DNA of 64,000 nucleotides, from contig RSEE01000147.1 in assembly GCA_003971905.1 (NCBI GenBank), positions 1-64,000 on the forward strand. Reading direction: 5' to 3'. The translations under genes were made by a program, and so were the position numbers. This document shows, piece by piece, positions 1 to 12,599 of this stretch; position 1 is the stretch's first letter, and each line of letters opens with the position of its first letter. The notes beneath the pieces were generated by a model. It made no database searches. It was not told the origin of the DNA and saw nothing but the letters and a program-made list of their open reading frames with translations. Source of the stretch: Moniliella sp. 'wahieum' (taxonomy: Eukaryota).

Positions 1-30
1 TAAACCCTAACCCTAACCCTAACCTAACCT
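1..30 (+). repeat. Telomeric repeat (CCCTAA)n, degenerate at the junction
   Basis: taaaccctaaccctaaccctaacctaacct at the very start of the window, with the C-rich strand on + as expected for a left chromosome end. Confidence 0.75.
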
Positions 31-2700
31 TCGGTACGCTGAGCCAAGACGTTGAGCAGGGTTGTTTTTCCCGCGCCAGACTCGCCCATGAGCGCGGTCA
101 ACTTGCCCGGCTGAACAACCCAGTAAATCCGTCAAAAGCTGGCGCATTTCCTTGCCCTTGACCGGCACCTTGTAATTGACATTGGAGAAGGCAAAATGTC
201 CTGGGAACACAGCAAAGTCCGGCGGGGTGGCAACTTCCTTCTCGGGCTGTCGGGATCCTGGAACTTCTCGTCCTCTAGCTCTTGGATGGACTTGGTGGTT
301 TTCGCTCGCGACGAAAAACCATGACGTCTCCTTGGACACTTGGGTCGGCTTGGAATTCGGTGAACACGGCATAAACAATGATGAAGAAGAAGAGGAACCC
401 AAAAGAATGCCGACGTCACGGGGGCGTGGCCCATTGATAGTCCGACGTGGCCTGTAGGTAAACTGAACCGTTTACTAAGCCCGTGTTCCGATCGACCCTG
501 GCACTGTGCACGTCCGGCTTGAAATCGGTATATTGGCATAGGGGGCCCGCTGGGACATAAGCTCACAGGGCACGTCTAGACGCCGCATCTCGTTGCTAAG
601 GATAATCTCGAATCCAAACGAGAGACTGAATAAGTGCGCAAAAGGAGATGGCGATGAGAAAGGGTCAGTCAGGCGCCAAATAAAAGGGAAGGGAATGCGT
701 ACCTGGATTGCAATACGACAGCCAGCGCCACCACACCTTCATGCTCGGCCGCGGCAATGCATAACCGGCGTACAGGGCAAAATCCATGATAAGGAGACCA
801 GAGACCATGTAGCCACTGAATCGCTGCGGAAGATGGCAGCGAGCATGCGGAACATATTGGTCATGATGGTGACAATGAGAATGATAGTGGCCCAGCAGAT
901 GAAAAAGGCGCCTGCATCGCGGACGAGTCCAGTCATGAAGTAGATAATGAGCAAAAAGCAGGTGATGGTGACAATACGGAACGGCAGATCAAGCAAGACG
1001 TTGGCCAGAGCATCGGCCGAGGGACGGGCCAAAGCAAAGCGGTGTGACGGATAACAATGGGACGCTGAGAGTACGAAACGGTGATTCGGTTTGGGCCACT
1101 GTTTAACGGCAAGGGTCACATAACAAGACGGATTGCGGTCAGTTGACTACACTGGGTTCATATGGCGTACGCGTTGCAAAGGGAAGAAAAACGTACGGAA
1201 GGCATTGAAAAGCAAGCTAAAGAACAACACACCTCCGCGGCTGAAGAAGCCCGAGCTGCTTTCGGCATGTCGTAAAAGTTGGAACCAATAATCAGTGCCA
1301 TAAAGATGGCGGCAAAGTTGGGGCCGATCATGGTAGGAAGGTCATTCGCCTTGATCTGGTACCGACGGCGAATACAGAGCCACGTCTGACGTGCCATAGA
1401 AGCGAGATAAGGGGATTGTTTGGGGGCGTGCTTGGATTGGGTAGCACGGATAGTGTCAAAGACGTTCTTCTTGTCCTCCTTGGTCATCGCGGCGATCTCC
1501 TCCATGCGCGTCTACCGCCTGGGCGGAGCGGAGGCCAACAGGGGAGTTGGCAAAGCGGGCAGCCATCTCGGCAGCTGTGAGGGGCGCTTCGTGCTCGAAA
1601 CCCTTCCGAATTTTGCGAGCAGCGGGGTCAGTCACAGCCACGAGGAAGTCGGCGCTTGTCTGGTGAGGCAGACGCTCAAACCATTGTTCAAAGTAAGGCA
1701 CTGCATCGGCACATGACCCATTGTACACCACGTAACCGTGGCTCAGCAGAGCCACACGATCAAACTCAGCGTAGAGCGGCTCACCAGCCTGAACATGGTC
1801 GCCACTGTCGGCACCCTCGTCTCACGTGAGATGATTTGAGGGCACGAGCAAGTTCGGCAGCGGTACTTGAGTCGAGGCCGCGGGTAGGGTATCGAGGAGC
1901 TGGACACGGGCATGCAGAGCAAGAATCTCGGCAATGGACACGCGCTTCTTCTCGCCGCCCGAGACACCACGGATGGCTTCATTGCCCACCTTGGTCTTGT
2001 ACACGCGAGTCAGGCCCAGAGTGGTGGCAATTGCATCTCGCAAATGGGTAGCGTAATTGTCACGTGTGTTGGCCTTGTCACCAAAGGTAGGACGCGTGGA
2101 GGCGTCAGGGGTGCGAGATTGAGAAACAAAATCGAGCGTCTCTTCCACGGTCAGGGTGGGGAAATGCACATCGTCCTCTCCGGCGTAGACGACCTCACCA
2201 CGAAGGGGCCCAGCGATCGTCTCATAGTCGAGGCCGCCGTAGTGGACTTCCCCACGGATGGACCGATAACCTTCGCGATAACCGGCAAGGTTTTTCATGA
2301 AGGTTGTACATCCACTGCCAGGCCGACCGAGCAGAGTAGCATCTCGAGCCGGGAGAGTGCCAGAGTTGGAATGGAGGATGGTGTTGACGGGTGGGCGGAG
2401 GATGGAGCGGATGGCATGCGGGGAAAAGGGGGGCGTAGAGCATAGAAAAGGCGTGGTAAACCATGCCGACTGCCGGCGCCGACGCCATCGACCTCCAAGT
2501 TGCGCCAGGCGAGATCCAAGGCGGGCAGATCGTCGGCGGTGGCAACGAGCTCGCGGCAGAACTCGGCGAGGTCGAAGGTGTCAGACGAGGCGGGCGGGGC
2601 GCTCTGGGCCTCGATGTCAGCGGCAGCGCCGTCATGGGGGGGGGCGAGTGCACCTGCTCCCCATGACGAGTGAGCACGGGTGGGTAGACGAGATGGCGAC
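30..2700 (-). pseudogene. PDR/ABCG full-size ABC transporter (Snq2/Pdr5-like), ending just after the NBD2 Walker A
   Basis: NBD1 motifs GRPGSGC, GEVVYAGEDDVHFPTLTVEETLDF and IRGVSGGEKKRVSIAE; TMD1 segments (QTWLCIRRRYQ, RPSADALANVLLDLPF); NBD2 start [25 protein letters not shown] runs straight into TTAGGG repeats; start position approximate. Confidence 0.85.
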
Positions 2701-4054
2701 AAAGACGGCCCGGTCGGGAGGGCCTGTTGGGATGGGAAGGGGAGGAGCTGGATGGTCGATGATCGATGAGCATGGGCATGATGTGTGATGGATGATCGTC
2801 GATCAATGATCGGTTGTGCAACATTGTTCGAACGAGAGAGCATGCGGCTTGGCGCCAATGCGTGCGCGAGCATGTCGCTCAGGCGTTCAACATTCCACTT
2901 GAAATTTACTCTCCAGCCCCCAGCCTCCAGCGCGCCCAGGCCCTCAAGGTGAACCTTCGTTGAAGTTCAACGTTCAGTACGTTCAGTTGGACGTGGAACG
3001 TGTTCAGGCCGAAGTTCAGTTGAACATGTTGCGCGCGCATGGACTACAGAACGTACGTACTGAGGGCTGGCGCGCTGACGCGTGACGGCGCGGACGGTTG
3101 AATGTGCAACAAGTTGAACTGGGCCAGTGGCGCGGTGGCCACGGCCAGAGGAACGGTGCAATGAGCTACGCCGGCGTTAGGCCTTAGGCCCCTTAGGCCT
3201 TAGGAGGGCCTTAGGCTTTAGACGATAGGCCTTAGGCCCTAAGGCCTTAGGCTAAGGCCTGAGAACTTGAGGCGCTTCAGGCACCTGGGCCAGAGGCAGG
3301 CGCACCACTGGCGTAGTAGCGTGCCTGGGCGCGATACTTGTGCGGCGATGCATCCGATGGGCATACGCGCCGGGGCGGCAACGCGCAACATAAGGTTACC
3401 CGGTGACGACGGTGATGCAATGCAGGTACCGGTGGAGCAACGTGCGGAGCAGTGGCGCAGACACGCACGCGGCGCAGCCGATCTGGGCACACAGCCTCCG
3501 TGCTTCGAAGCCCCCGCAGCAGCGTAGGCGGCGTAGGCACGCGCACGCTCTGGGCAAGCCATCCTGCAGGATAGATGGTCGTCATGCATCAGGACGTCAG
3601 TACGCCCTAGTGCCTGCTGTTCCATGTTACGCCGTGTACTCAGTGAGTAGTATCACTGAAATCAGTTACTAGTGACCGGTGACCTAGTGGCCAAGATCGA
3701 TATCCATCATGCATCATGCATCATGTACCATGCATCACGCATCATCGATCGTCTGGGCTCGATTAAATTTTAAACGCCATCACGCGTAACGTGTCACGCG
3801 TCACGAGGTTCAATTGCAGCTCTGGGCACATGTGACATTGTGATGTCACATGTCACGTGTGACACGGTGAAGGTGATGTCCCCAGGTCACATGCTAACCC
3901 TAACCCTGTCACGTAGCAGTGTTTGGATGACAAAGCCCTTACCTAATGGCATTCGCTCACACGTCTGATCTCTGATCTCCCCGCCCAGGCTTGCCCAGGC
4001 TTTCGTAACTGGCAATCCGTTTCACACGCCTCAGCCTCGCAAAAGAGGGGTAAA

Positions 4055-5926
4055 ATGGCAACAGCACGTCACGTGCTCAGCGTATGCGCCCACCTACGGC
4101 CGACAGGGCTCACCACACCCACCACCCTCCACTCTGTCCCCCACCTGACCCCGCTTGAAAGTGCTTGCTGCTGGCCATCCAGCTCCTCCCCTTCTTTCCG
4201 TGGCGATGAAGACTTGGCGGCTGCCGCATCCCGCACCGACGCGCCCGCTTTCCTCCGCCGCTCGTCTCCTCACCCCCAGACCGACCCTGTTGGCGCCCTT
4301 TCCCCCGCCCCCCACTTCTGCAGGCATTCGCACTCTGCACCTTCGGTCGTCGAGTACAGCGATCGCGCGCCTGACCTCCGGCGTCGCTTCTATCGCAACA
4401 AGGAGCTCGACACATGGGCTGGAAAGAAGGCGACGCTTACCACCCTCCGCCACCTGATCCTGTTTGGCCGGCAAGTGCTCGGCAACAACCGCACACCCAA
4501 AACCCATATCCACAAGGACTCTGACCCGCGCACCAAGAAACTGCTCTTGTCAGGAAACTACGTGTTGCGGGAATTGCCCATTCGTCTTGCGCATCGCATT
4601 CGGGATCTGCAAAGCCTTCCGTATGCGGTTATGACTCACGCCTGCATGGGCGACGTGTACCGCGAGTACTGGACTGCGTTCGAAACTCTGCGCAAATGGC
4701 CTCCCTTGACGACGCTGGAGCAGAATGAAGAGTTTTGCCGTACCTTGCACCGCACGCTGGAACGGCATGGTGAACTGCTCCTCCCATCTCTCACGCAAGG
4801 CATTGTCCAATCCACCGAGGCCCACATGCTCTTATCGCCGAGCAGATGGACCGATTCATGGGGCGCATGTTGCGTTCCTCCATTTCCCGCCGCATCTTGG
4901 CGGAACAACATCTTGCCCTGTCGGAAGCATTTCATGTGCCCTCTGTTGCCTCCGACTCGCACCGCGTCCATGGTGGCGGCATCAAGTCGAGTAAAATTGG
5001 CATCATTGCCACCCGGCTGAACATTGCTTCGGTAATCCGAAGTGTGGTGGAACGGGTACGAGAGGAGCTGGTTTTGGAGGGCGCACCCTACCCGGTTCCA
5101 AATGTGGTCTTGGATGGAGACATGGGAACCACGATGGCCTGTATTCCCGAGCATGTGGAGTGGATCGTTCACCAGCTCGTGTCCAACGCGATGCGGAGCA
5201 CAATGTTGCGGCCTCCTTCCGAGCGAGACGGCGTACCGATCCGTGTGACTGTGGTTGAGGGAAAGGGCGACCATGACGTTTTGATTCGCTCAAGCGATTC
5301 GGGTGGGGGTTACCTTTGTTTATGCCACTTCCGCAGGAGCCCGAGAAGGAACCTTGGGCACTGGAGGAACCTCTGCGCCTGCACCGGAGGACAGTGCCCT
5401 ACCAGCCCCAAACTGAGGCAGAGGCATCTGACCTGGCCCACCGAGGCGGCGGTGCGTTCCACGAGCCCGGTGCCCAGCAGCATGCCAAGCACGTCACGTC
5501 CCCCCTCTCTGCCCGGAGGGAAGACGAACGGAGTGTACGAGATTTTGCGTTTGGGGACGATGCGACGCCGCGGCTGGCGCGGTCGCGTGCTAGTTTATCT
5601 CCTCTTCGCCACGCCCTGTGGGGTGGTCCGGAACGGAGCAGGACGGACTGGTGCATATGTTCTGTTCGTTCAGTCTGGTTAAGATGCGCAAGGAGTGGGC
5701 GGCTGCCCATGCATGCAAGCCGTCTGATGGGCCCTGTGGGCTGCCGGGACTTGCACACCAAGCGTCGAAAACAGGTCTTGGGTTGCCAGTGACCAAAGTG
5801 TACTGTGACTTTTTCGGGGGGTCCCTTGCGTTGCGATCGCTGGACGGGCACTCTACGGACGTGTATGTGCGGCTTCCCAAGCTGGGCCGCACACACCGCG
5901 ATGCGGTGGAGGAGATTGTGCTGTAG
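4055..5926 (+). CDS. Mitochondrial pyruvate/branched-chain ketoacid dehydrogenase kinase family protein
   Basis: ELPIRLAHRIRDLQSLPY, MDRFMGRMLRSSISRRILAEQHLAL, QLVSNAMRS, SDSGGG and GLGLPVTKVYCDFFGGSL...STDVYVRLPKLG (BCDHK_Adom3 plus HATPase_c), spread across frameshifts. Confidence 0.9.
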
Positions 5927-6507
5927 ATAAAGAGAGATCGACGGCCCCGCCGTCACCAATGACCACTAACGGGTGGGTGGGTCCGATGCCTTTCGGCCTC
6001 TACAAGAGTCCGGGTGTCGGGATTCAATCCACAATGCAATTCACGAGTCATCTGCTGCTTTACCATTGATGGTCCACTGGCGGTGGGCGATGCGTGCAGC
6101 GCGTGCAGCCACTAGTCCCGGGAAACATCAAGCTTGGCTGCCAAGGGGGAGAGGCAATGAAGCTTGCAGACAGGCGGTGGGACAGGCATGATGCATGATA
6201 CATGATGCATGACATCAGCCGATTCCTGCCTCGCTCTCGGAAGGCAACCGGGAGATTACGTCACCGAGGGAAATGAGTTTCCTTGCACTCAAATCCTTAG
6301 GCCACCTTGAAGTTGAGGCTTCAAGTTCTGCGAAAAAATCCCAGGAAACCGGCTTGGGGGTTGCCATTCCGCCACAAGCGGAACCCGCCCTGCAGGCGCC
6401 CCATTGGTGGGTGCATGGGCGCCTTGGGCCCCGTCAGCTGCACGCCTGGTCCGGTCCAGAGCAGGTCGGCAGGAATTTGCACCACCACTGCACCGCGCGA
6501 CCACACC

Positions 6508-7580
6508 ATGGCAGCCAACGAGGAGATCGAGTTGGAGCTCGAGGCCCTCGAGTCGATCTACATTGACGAGCTGGTCAAGCTGCCGTCGGGGTCGCTGCGC
6601 ATCCGCATTGACCCGAGGACGAGGCGGAGGCTGCCGAGTACCAGGCGATCCTTGCCGAGCAGCTGGCCAAGGCAGAGGCAGAGGCGCAAAAGCTCCTTGA
6701 TGAGGACAAAACAGGCAGGTCGCTAAAGAAACCGGTCTCCCAGGCGCCTAAAAAGGTCGATGAGACCGATGAGCCCGAGCCGGACCCCAACGCCCCCGAT
6801 CCCATCCTCGCCCAACCGGAATTGTGGCTCGAGGTGACCTATCCCCCCGCCTACCCGGACGAGATTCCGGAGCTGGCTCTGCTCGGCAACCTCGTATATC
6901 GGACGCAGACCGTGTGAAACTATGCTTTCCGGTGTGAAGGAGGTGGTGCGTACGCCTTCTCAGCATCCAGAGTGGCAATTGTACTGACCAAGTTTTCTGG
7001 TATCTTCCCGTGTATGTAGGCAGAGGAGTCGTTGGGTATGGCGATGGTATTTACCTTGGCCTCACACATGCGGGAAAGCCTGAGTGGATGGATCAAGGCA
7101 CAAATTGACGAGGGCAAGGCGGAAGAAAACGAGCGGCGGGAAGCAGAGATTGAGGTATGTTATGACCATGACGTTCAAGACCAGAAGGAGGAAGAACGAT
7201 GCTAACAATGGAATGATGGTTGCGCAGGCCGAGAATGCCAAGTTCCGGGGAACCCAGGTGACCAAGGAGCGTTTCCTTGAGTGGCACACCAAGTTTGTCG
7301 CCGAACAGAAAGCGGAGGCGCAGGCGGCCGAGGATGAGAAGGTGAAGGGCATGACAGCCAAGGAGAGGGAAGAGTACCGGAGGTACAAGGCCAAGCCGAC
7401 GGGCCGGGAACTGTTCAGCAAGGGTACAGTGCTCGATGCATCGGACGTCGCGGGCGACGGGGAGGCACAGGAGATTGATGGTCGCTATACGACCGCGCAA
7501 CTCGAGACCGCGAGCGGGAGGCTTACGAGGAGGCGATGGCGGACAAACTGGAGCGCCTCGAGCCATTTGATGATGATTGA
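6508..7580 (+). CDS. GIR2: RWD-domain protein, Gir2/RWDD1
   Basis: EEIELELEALESIY, YPPAYPDEIP, AEESLGMAMVFTL, FRGTQVTKERFLEW and KPTGRELF; introns at about 6946-7019 and 7155-7227. Confidence 0.9.
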
Positions 7581-7957
7581 GTGCGAGACTGGAAGATGTA
7601 CGGTCTTGAAGCGAGGTGTCAAGCAGCTCAATGAAAGGGTTGGGCGCGGTGCATGGTATGTGCATTATCACTTGCATCATCAGAATGGCCAGATTGTCGA
7701 TGGAAGGTTGCGCACACCTGTGTTTGTAGTGTGGTATCGGGCCATTGGAAACATATTTCAGGGGATACCGGTGTTGGTCAAATGTCCCCACTTGTATCTA
7801 TGCAATCGACTGTTGTAGTGGACGCCCAGCCGCGCTCCGTTGGTTTCTTGTCCAATGGCGACAAAACTCCTGTTGGATTCAAGCCGGGGATGGAGAAGAA
7901 GCGCTTGGCCAGTTGTCACCACCACCATCCGCACAAGTTTATTATGTTACTCCCCAT

Positions 7958-8171
7958 GTTGCCACGTCACCCACCGGTGCCTTGCCTGATTCGTAGATGT
8001 GAAAGCTAGACCCTAGAGTTGCCGCGTGCAGGCCAGCAGGCCACGTGTACATTCCTGTCCCACTGCTTGCTCTGTCCTCTTCGCCACCACCTCTCCTTCC
8101 CCCTTCCCCTTCTTCTCGCTCACCTCGTTACTTGATTACTACTCGCTGATCGTCTGTGGTTTAGAGACTAG
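7958..8171 (+). repeat. Dispersed repeat, copy A (inverted partner at 20656-20873)
   Basis: Aligns by eye with the reverse complement of 20656-20873 over ~215 bp, e.g. atgtgaaagctag, agcaggccacgtgt, cttcgccaccacctctcct. Confidence 0.85.
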
Positions 8172-9135
8172 GTGTCTCCAGGTCAGAGCCTTCACGCGTC
8201 GCTACAGATCTAACGAGGTGAGCGAGAAGAAGGGGAGGGGGTGGCTTTCTCATTGTTATTGGCCTCATTGATGAGACCTGGAGTCCAGATGGTCCTCGAG
8301 GGTGATGCAATCGCACTAGTGGTGGTGATAATGGTCTAAGCCAACCAGCAACGCCTACAGAGGAACATCAAGCAGCGAGTCGCCACCAGGGGCTAAGTTG
8401 CGGAAAAGGAAAACAGGAGAGAAAAACAACGGAACTCCTAGGCCTGAGGAGGAACTGAAGGGACAGGGCCAAAGCACGAGCCACCTGATGGCTCAACACT
8501 CATCACCACACGATCAGGCGTCAGCTACTCCACACCACCACGCGGGCCCGCTTAGTGCCGATCACCTCCATGTCCGTATCCCTCACGGTTGCTGTACGTG
8601 TTGACCACGCGGCTGAACCATTAGCGCGTTCAGCTCAAAAGTAATGTTCGTACCTTGCTCTCCATCGTCGGTTCCATGGCAACTGCAAACCTCAAGCCCA
8701 AGGACATGCCTTCCCCTTCGTTCACCACTCAACCTCGCTCACCTGCCTTTGTTGACTGCTCGAGTCACCTAATTAAGCAACCAAAGATGTTGGCAGCAGA
8801 AGCCCTCTTAGTAGCTAGCATAAACGGCCCCCCCCACTCCTACCTGTTTCATTGTTCCTAAGTAGTAGCTCGTAGGTCCCATGCAACGGCCATGCGTTCG
8901 TTAGCATCTCGTCTCCTCAGGTGCAAAGTCCATCCGTTCGCGCAGCATTACGTCCTTTCTCATTCAGGTGGATATAGCGCAACACATGTTTCGTTCCCGG
9001 CTCCTAAGGCACCTCCCATAGCGCATTCGGTGGCCTGCTGTCCCCATGCGCTCACTTCCCACCAAAATTCGTATACAAATACAACGTGTGTATTGGCCAA
9101 CGAGGAAGTAAGGGGACCAGGCAACCCTGGCAGAG

Positions 9136-11406
9136 CTAGTCTTCGAGATCCGAGTCTTGGTCTGGCAAGACAGATGACCGCCCCTCGTCTCCGTCTTGGT
9201 CCTGATCCTGAGTCTCCGAGCCTCCGGAGAGCCTGCAGGTGATCCAACCACCGCCGCCGCAGCCGCAGCCTCCTGCTGCGCTTTCCATGCGTGGGCCAGC
9301 TTGAGCAGGTTGAACGATGGTTTGCTCGTCTCGTCTTCGTCGTCGGGGAAGAGCATGTCGTAGTACTCTTCCAGTTCGCCGCTGGGCAGTTCCCTGCGCT
9401 TTTGACCACCTTGGGCATCTTGACCTCGACCGCACTGGCTTGGTCGGGCGAGCCATACTCGTCCTCAAAACGCCTTCCATGCGTTGAGCAGTACCACCCG
9501 GTCATCCTTCGCGTCGCGCGCTTTAAGGTCATTGTACCGCGCTCAAAGAGAGCGCGGGAACGTTCGACGGCCTCGGTGCGTCGTTGGGCCTGCATCTCCG
9601 CCTTGGCCTCATCTGCAACAGGGGCCTCCGGCTTCTCGCCGGCTTCGTCCTCCTCGGCTTCGTCTCTGCCGCATCTTGTGCCAGCGCCGCACCAATCTGG
9701 GAATGAGCATAAGCAATCCACACCTTGACATGGCCCGTGCGATCGAGCAAAGCTTCATAGAGGGCGTTTGCTCTGTCGTATTCGCCCAAGTCGAACTCAA
9801 AGTCAATGAAAGACTTCCATACGACCTCGGGCATGTCGAGAGAAGATTGGCTGATAGCCAGTTCGTAGATTTGCCGCGCCCGTTCGTCTTCCCAAAGATT
9901 TTGTTCCAGCTCGGCAAACCGGACCCAGGTCTGGGGGTTGCTGGCGTCCCATTCGAGAGACTTGAATAAATGGTGCGTGCCCGGTCAAACTCTTAAGAGA
10001 AAGCTCAAGATCAATGTAGCCCCTAAAGAGACGGTCCTTGGGGCACAAGCCAATTGCCGTTCCCAACACCTTGCGCGCCGAGGCCAAGTCAAGCTGACGG
10101 ACTTCAAAGTGCGCAAACTGGAGCCAAAGCTTGGCAAAAGTGAATTCCCGATGGGGCACTAGTGCGATGGCCTTCGTGTACACCTCGCGCGCCCGTGTTG
10201 GGTCATGAGCGTCAACCTCCTCAAACAAGGCGTAATTCAACCAAAGGAAGATGTACCTTCGCCAATGCCGCTTCACTAAGGTGGGCGGAACATGGGCGAT
10301 GGCGCGCTCGTACAGGTCACGGATCTTGTTTCGAGCATACGTCGCCTCGGAGCGGCCGGGTCCCACCCCCATCCAAATGGGCGCGTAAAACTCTCCTCCT
10401 CAAGCTTAATATAATCAAACCAAGTATCGTAATCTGCGCCACCTCCCGGTTGGGCCAGCTGCTCTTCGTACTGGATTCTCCTCTTTCCCAATACGGTGCT
10501 TCCACGTCTTGGCGATTACCAAACTGCTTTTCAAACGGCTGTAGGAAGCATAGACGCCCTGGCTCTGGCGCGAGACAGGCGCTCAAGGATGTACTTGTAA
10601 ATGGCTCGGGCGCGATCGTACTCGCGAGCGCGGACCTCGAGCTTGGCAAAGGCTGTGTAGACCGTTTGAGCCTTCTCGAGCTGCGCCTCGCTTTCCCCAA
10701 AGTATTCGAGTGCGGTCATAAAGACGTTGCGCGCCCTCTCCATGTCCTCGCGCCCATCTCTCGTACTGAGCCCACTTGATCCACTCGCGCGGAGCCGAAT
10801 GGAGACGATGGCTCTTTCCCAAATGGCAGAACCGTTTTCTTCTCACCATGGCGCACTTCAAACGCGATGTACGCCGCCCAGGCCTTTTCGTCGGGTTGCC
10901 TTCCATCCAGCGCTCAAAAATAGCGCGCGTGCCAGCCACGTTTCCAAGCAGTTCCTCAAGGTGGGCGTACTTGTACCACATTTGATTCATGCGAGGCAGC
11001 AAGTTGAGCGCGCGCGATCGAGAATGTTGCGAGCATGGTTAATGTTGCGGTTCTTGAGTTCCGTGTCGACGTAGCGCATCCAAAGCGGGACAGAATAAGG
11101 GTCAACGTCCAGCGCCCGCTCAAACACGGAGCGTGCACGTGGAAGCTCGCCCTGGGACGCTTCCCAGACAGCGTACTTGATCCAAGCGCTGATATTGGAG
11201 CGGGCGGCGCGAATGCGGGATTCGAATTCGCCGCGTTTGCGGCCACGGTATTCGTCCAGTTCCTCCAAGCTCTGAATGCGGTGCTTGGCGCCTTGGAAGG
11301 GTGCCTCTTGACGTTCTTGTGCCTCGCGCAGGAGCTGCTCGGCGGTGATCTGGACCGGCGCGGGCGCGCGGTTCTTGATCCGGGGCGCACGCCCGAGTTG
11401 CGACAT
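9136..11406 (-). CDS. CLF1: Pre-mRNA splicing factor Clf1/Syf3 (crooked neck, HAT repeats)
   Basis: [75 protein letters not shown] and C-terminal LFPDDE...LLKLAHAWK. Confidence 0.95.
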
Positions 11407-12599
11407 GGCGCTGAGGGGGGATGAACAGGCGGAAGGTGGGGTGGGCGGGCCTTGTCGCAGGAGGAAAGACAGAGGCCGAAGGAGCAACGGGTGTGAGGGC
11501 GGTGGTGGCGGTAGCGACGGCGCCGGAAGCGGAGGTGCGCGCCTAGGCCACGCAGACAGTTGATGGTGGTTGGCACGCAGCAGCTGGACGAGTCGAGCAT
11601 GGGTACGTAAGCATTCTGGCAGGCCCCAGGGGGAAATGTTCATCTTTGGCGTGCAGGCCGCCTTTGGCCTCCACATGGGGGCGAAGCAAGCCGGCCCGCT
11701 GAGGTAAGCGACGCGCAGATTTTGCATTCTGACTCGCTCACACCACCCACCTGGTCTGGCTCCCGACCGCCACCACCACCACCACTTCCCCCGCCCCCTC
11801 GGGGCCCATGTCCGGGTCCTCTTCTAGCATAGGGTACGTCGCTGAGCGTCTTTTCTGGGACATGATGCCTTTTTGGTTCGATTACATGACCGCCCTTTGC
11901 ACGGCAATATGGATCCAACACTTTCGCATTTGCCTGATCCTTCTCCGTGTCTCAATCGCTCGGCTGGACTGTGTTGCTGACCAGCCCTGTCCTATCCAGT
12001 CCCCCTACGCATGACCCTTCTTGCCATAAGGCTCTCCCTACAGGTCCTTGGTTTGTCGCATTGAAAGACCACACTGTGAGTACATTGCTCCTCCTGTGCC
12101 TTTTTGCCTGATGAGTATCTTTACACCATCTTTCGTTTGAGCCATGGGCTATGATCCTCTTTTGATTAGTCTTCCTGATCTTTCCTCCTATGTCCTGCCT
12201 TGAACGGGGCGCCGATGGATTACCCAGTAACTGACTCTTTATTTCTGGCTGTACAGCATGCACCCTACCCATTCTTCCTCCGCTGGGCCTCACGCTCTCA
12301 ACTTGCGCCCCACTAGGTACGTCTCCTTTCCTCGAATGTGCTTTGCCCAACTCCGAAACAGTTTTCTCGTTGGTGGTCCAATGGTATTCCCACAATTCAT
12401 AGTTGCCCGTCCACCTTTTCCTAGATTGATGCTACATAGCGCTGTTAATGTACACTGGGTGAGTTGCCCCTAAAACAAGACCAAGGAAGGTATAAGAGCA
12501 GGAGATGGATTTTGGGGGGGACATGCGACAACATGACAGACGACGCAGGTTCGCAGCATAAAAGGAAGGAGCACTGCTTGAGATCTAAGGCGCACCGAC

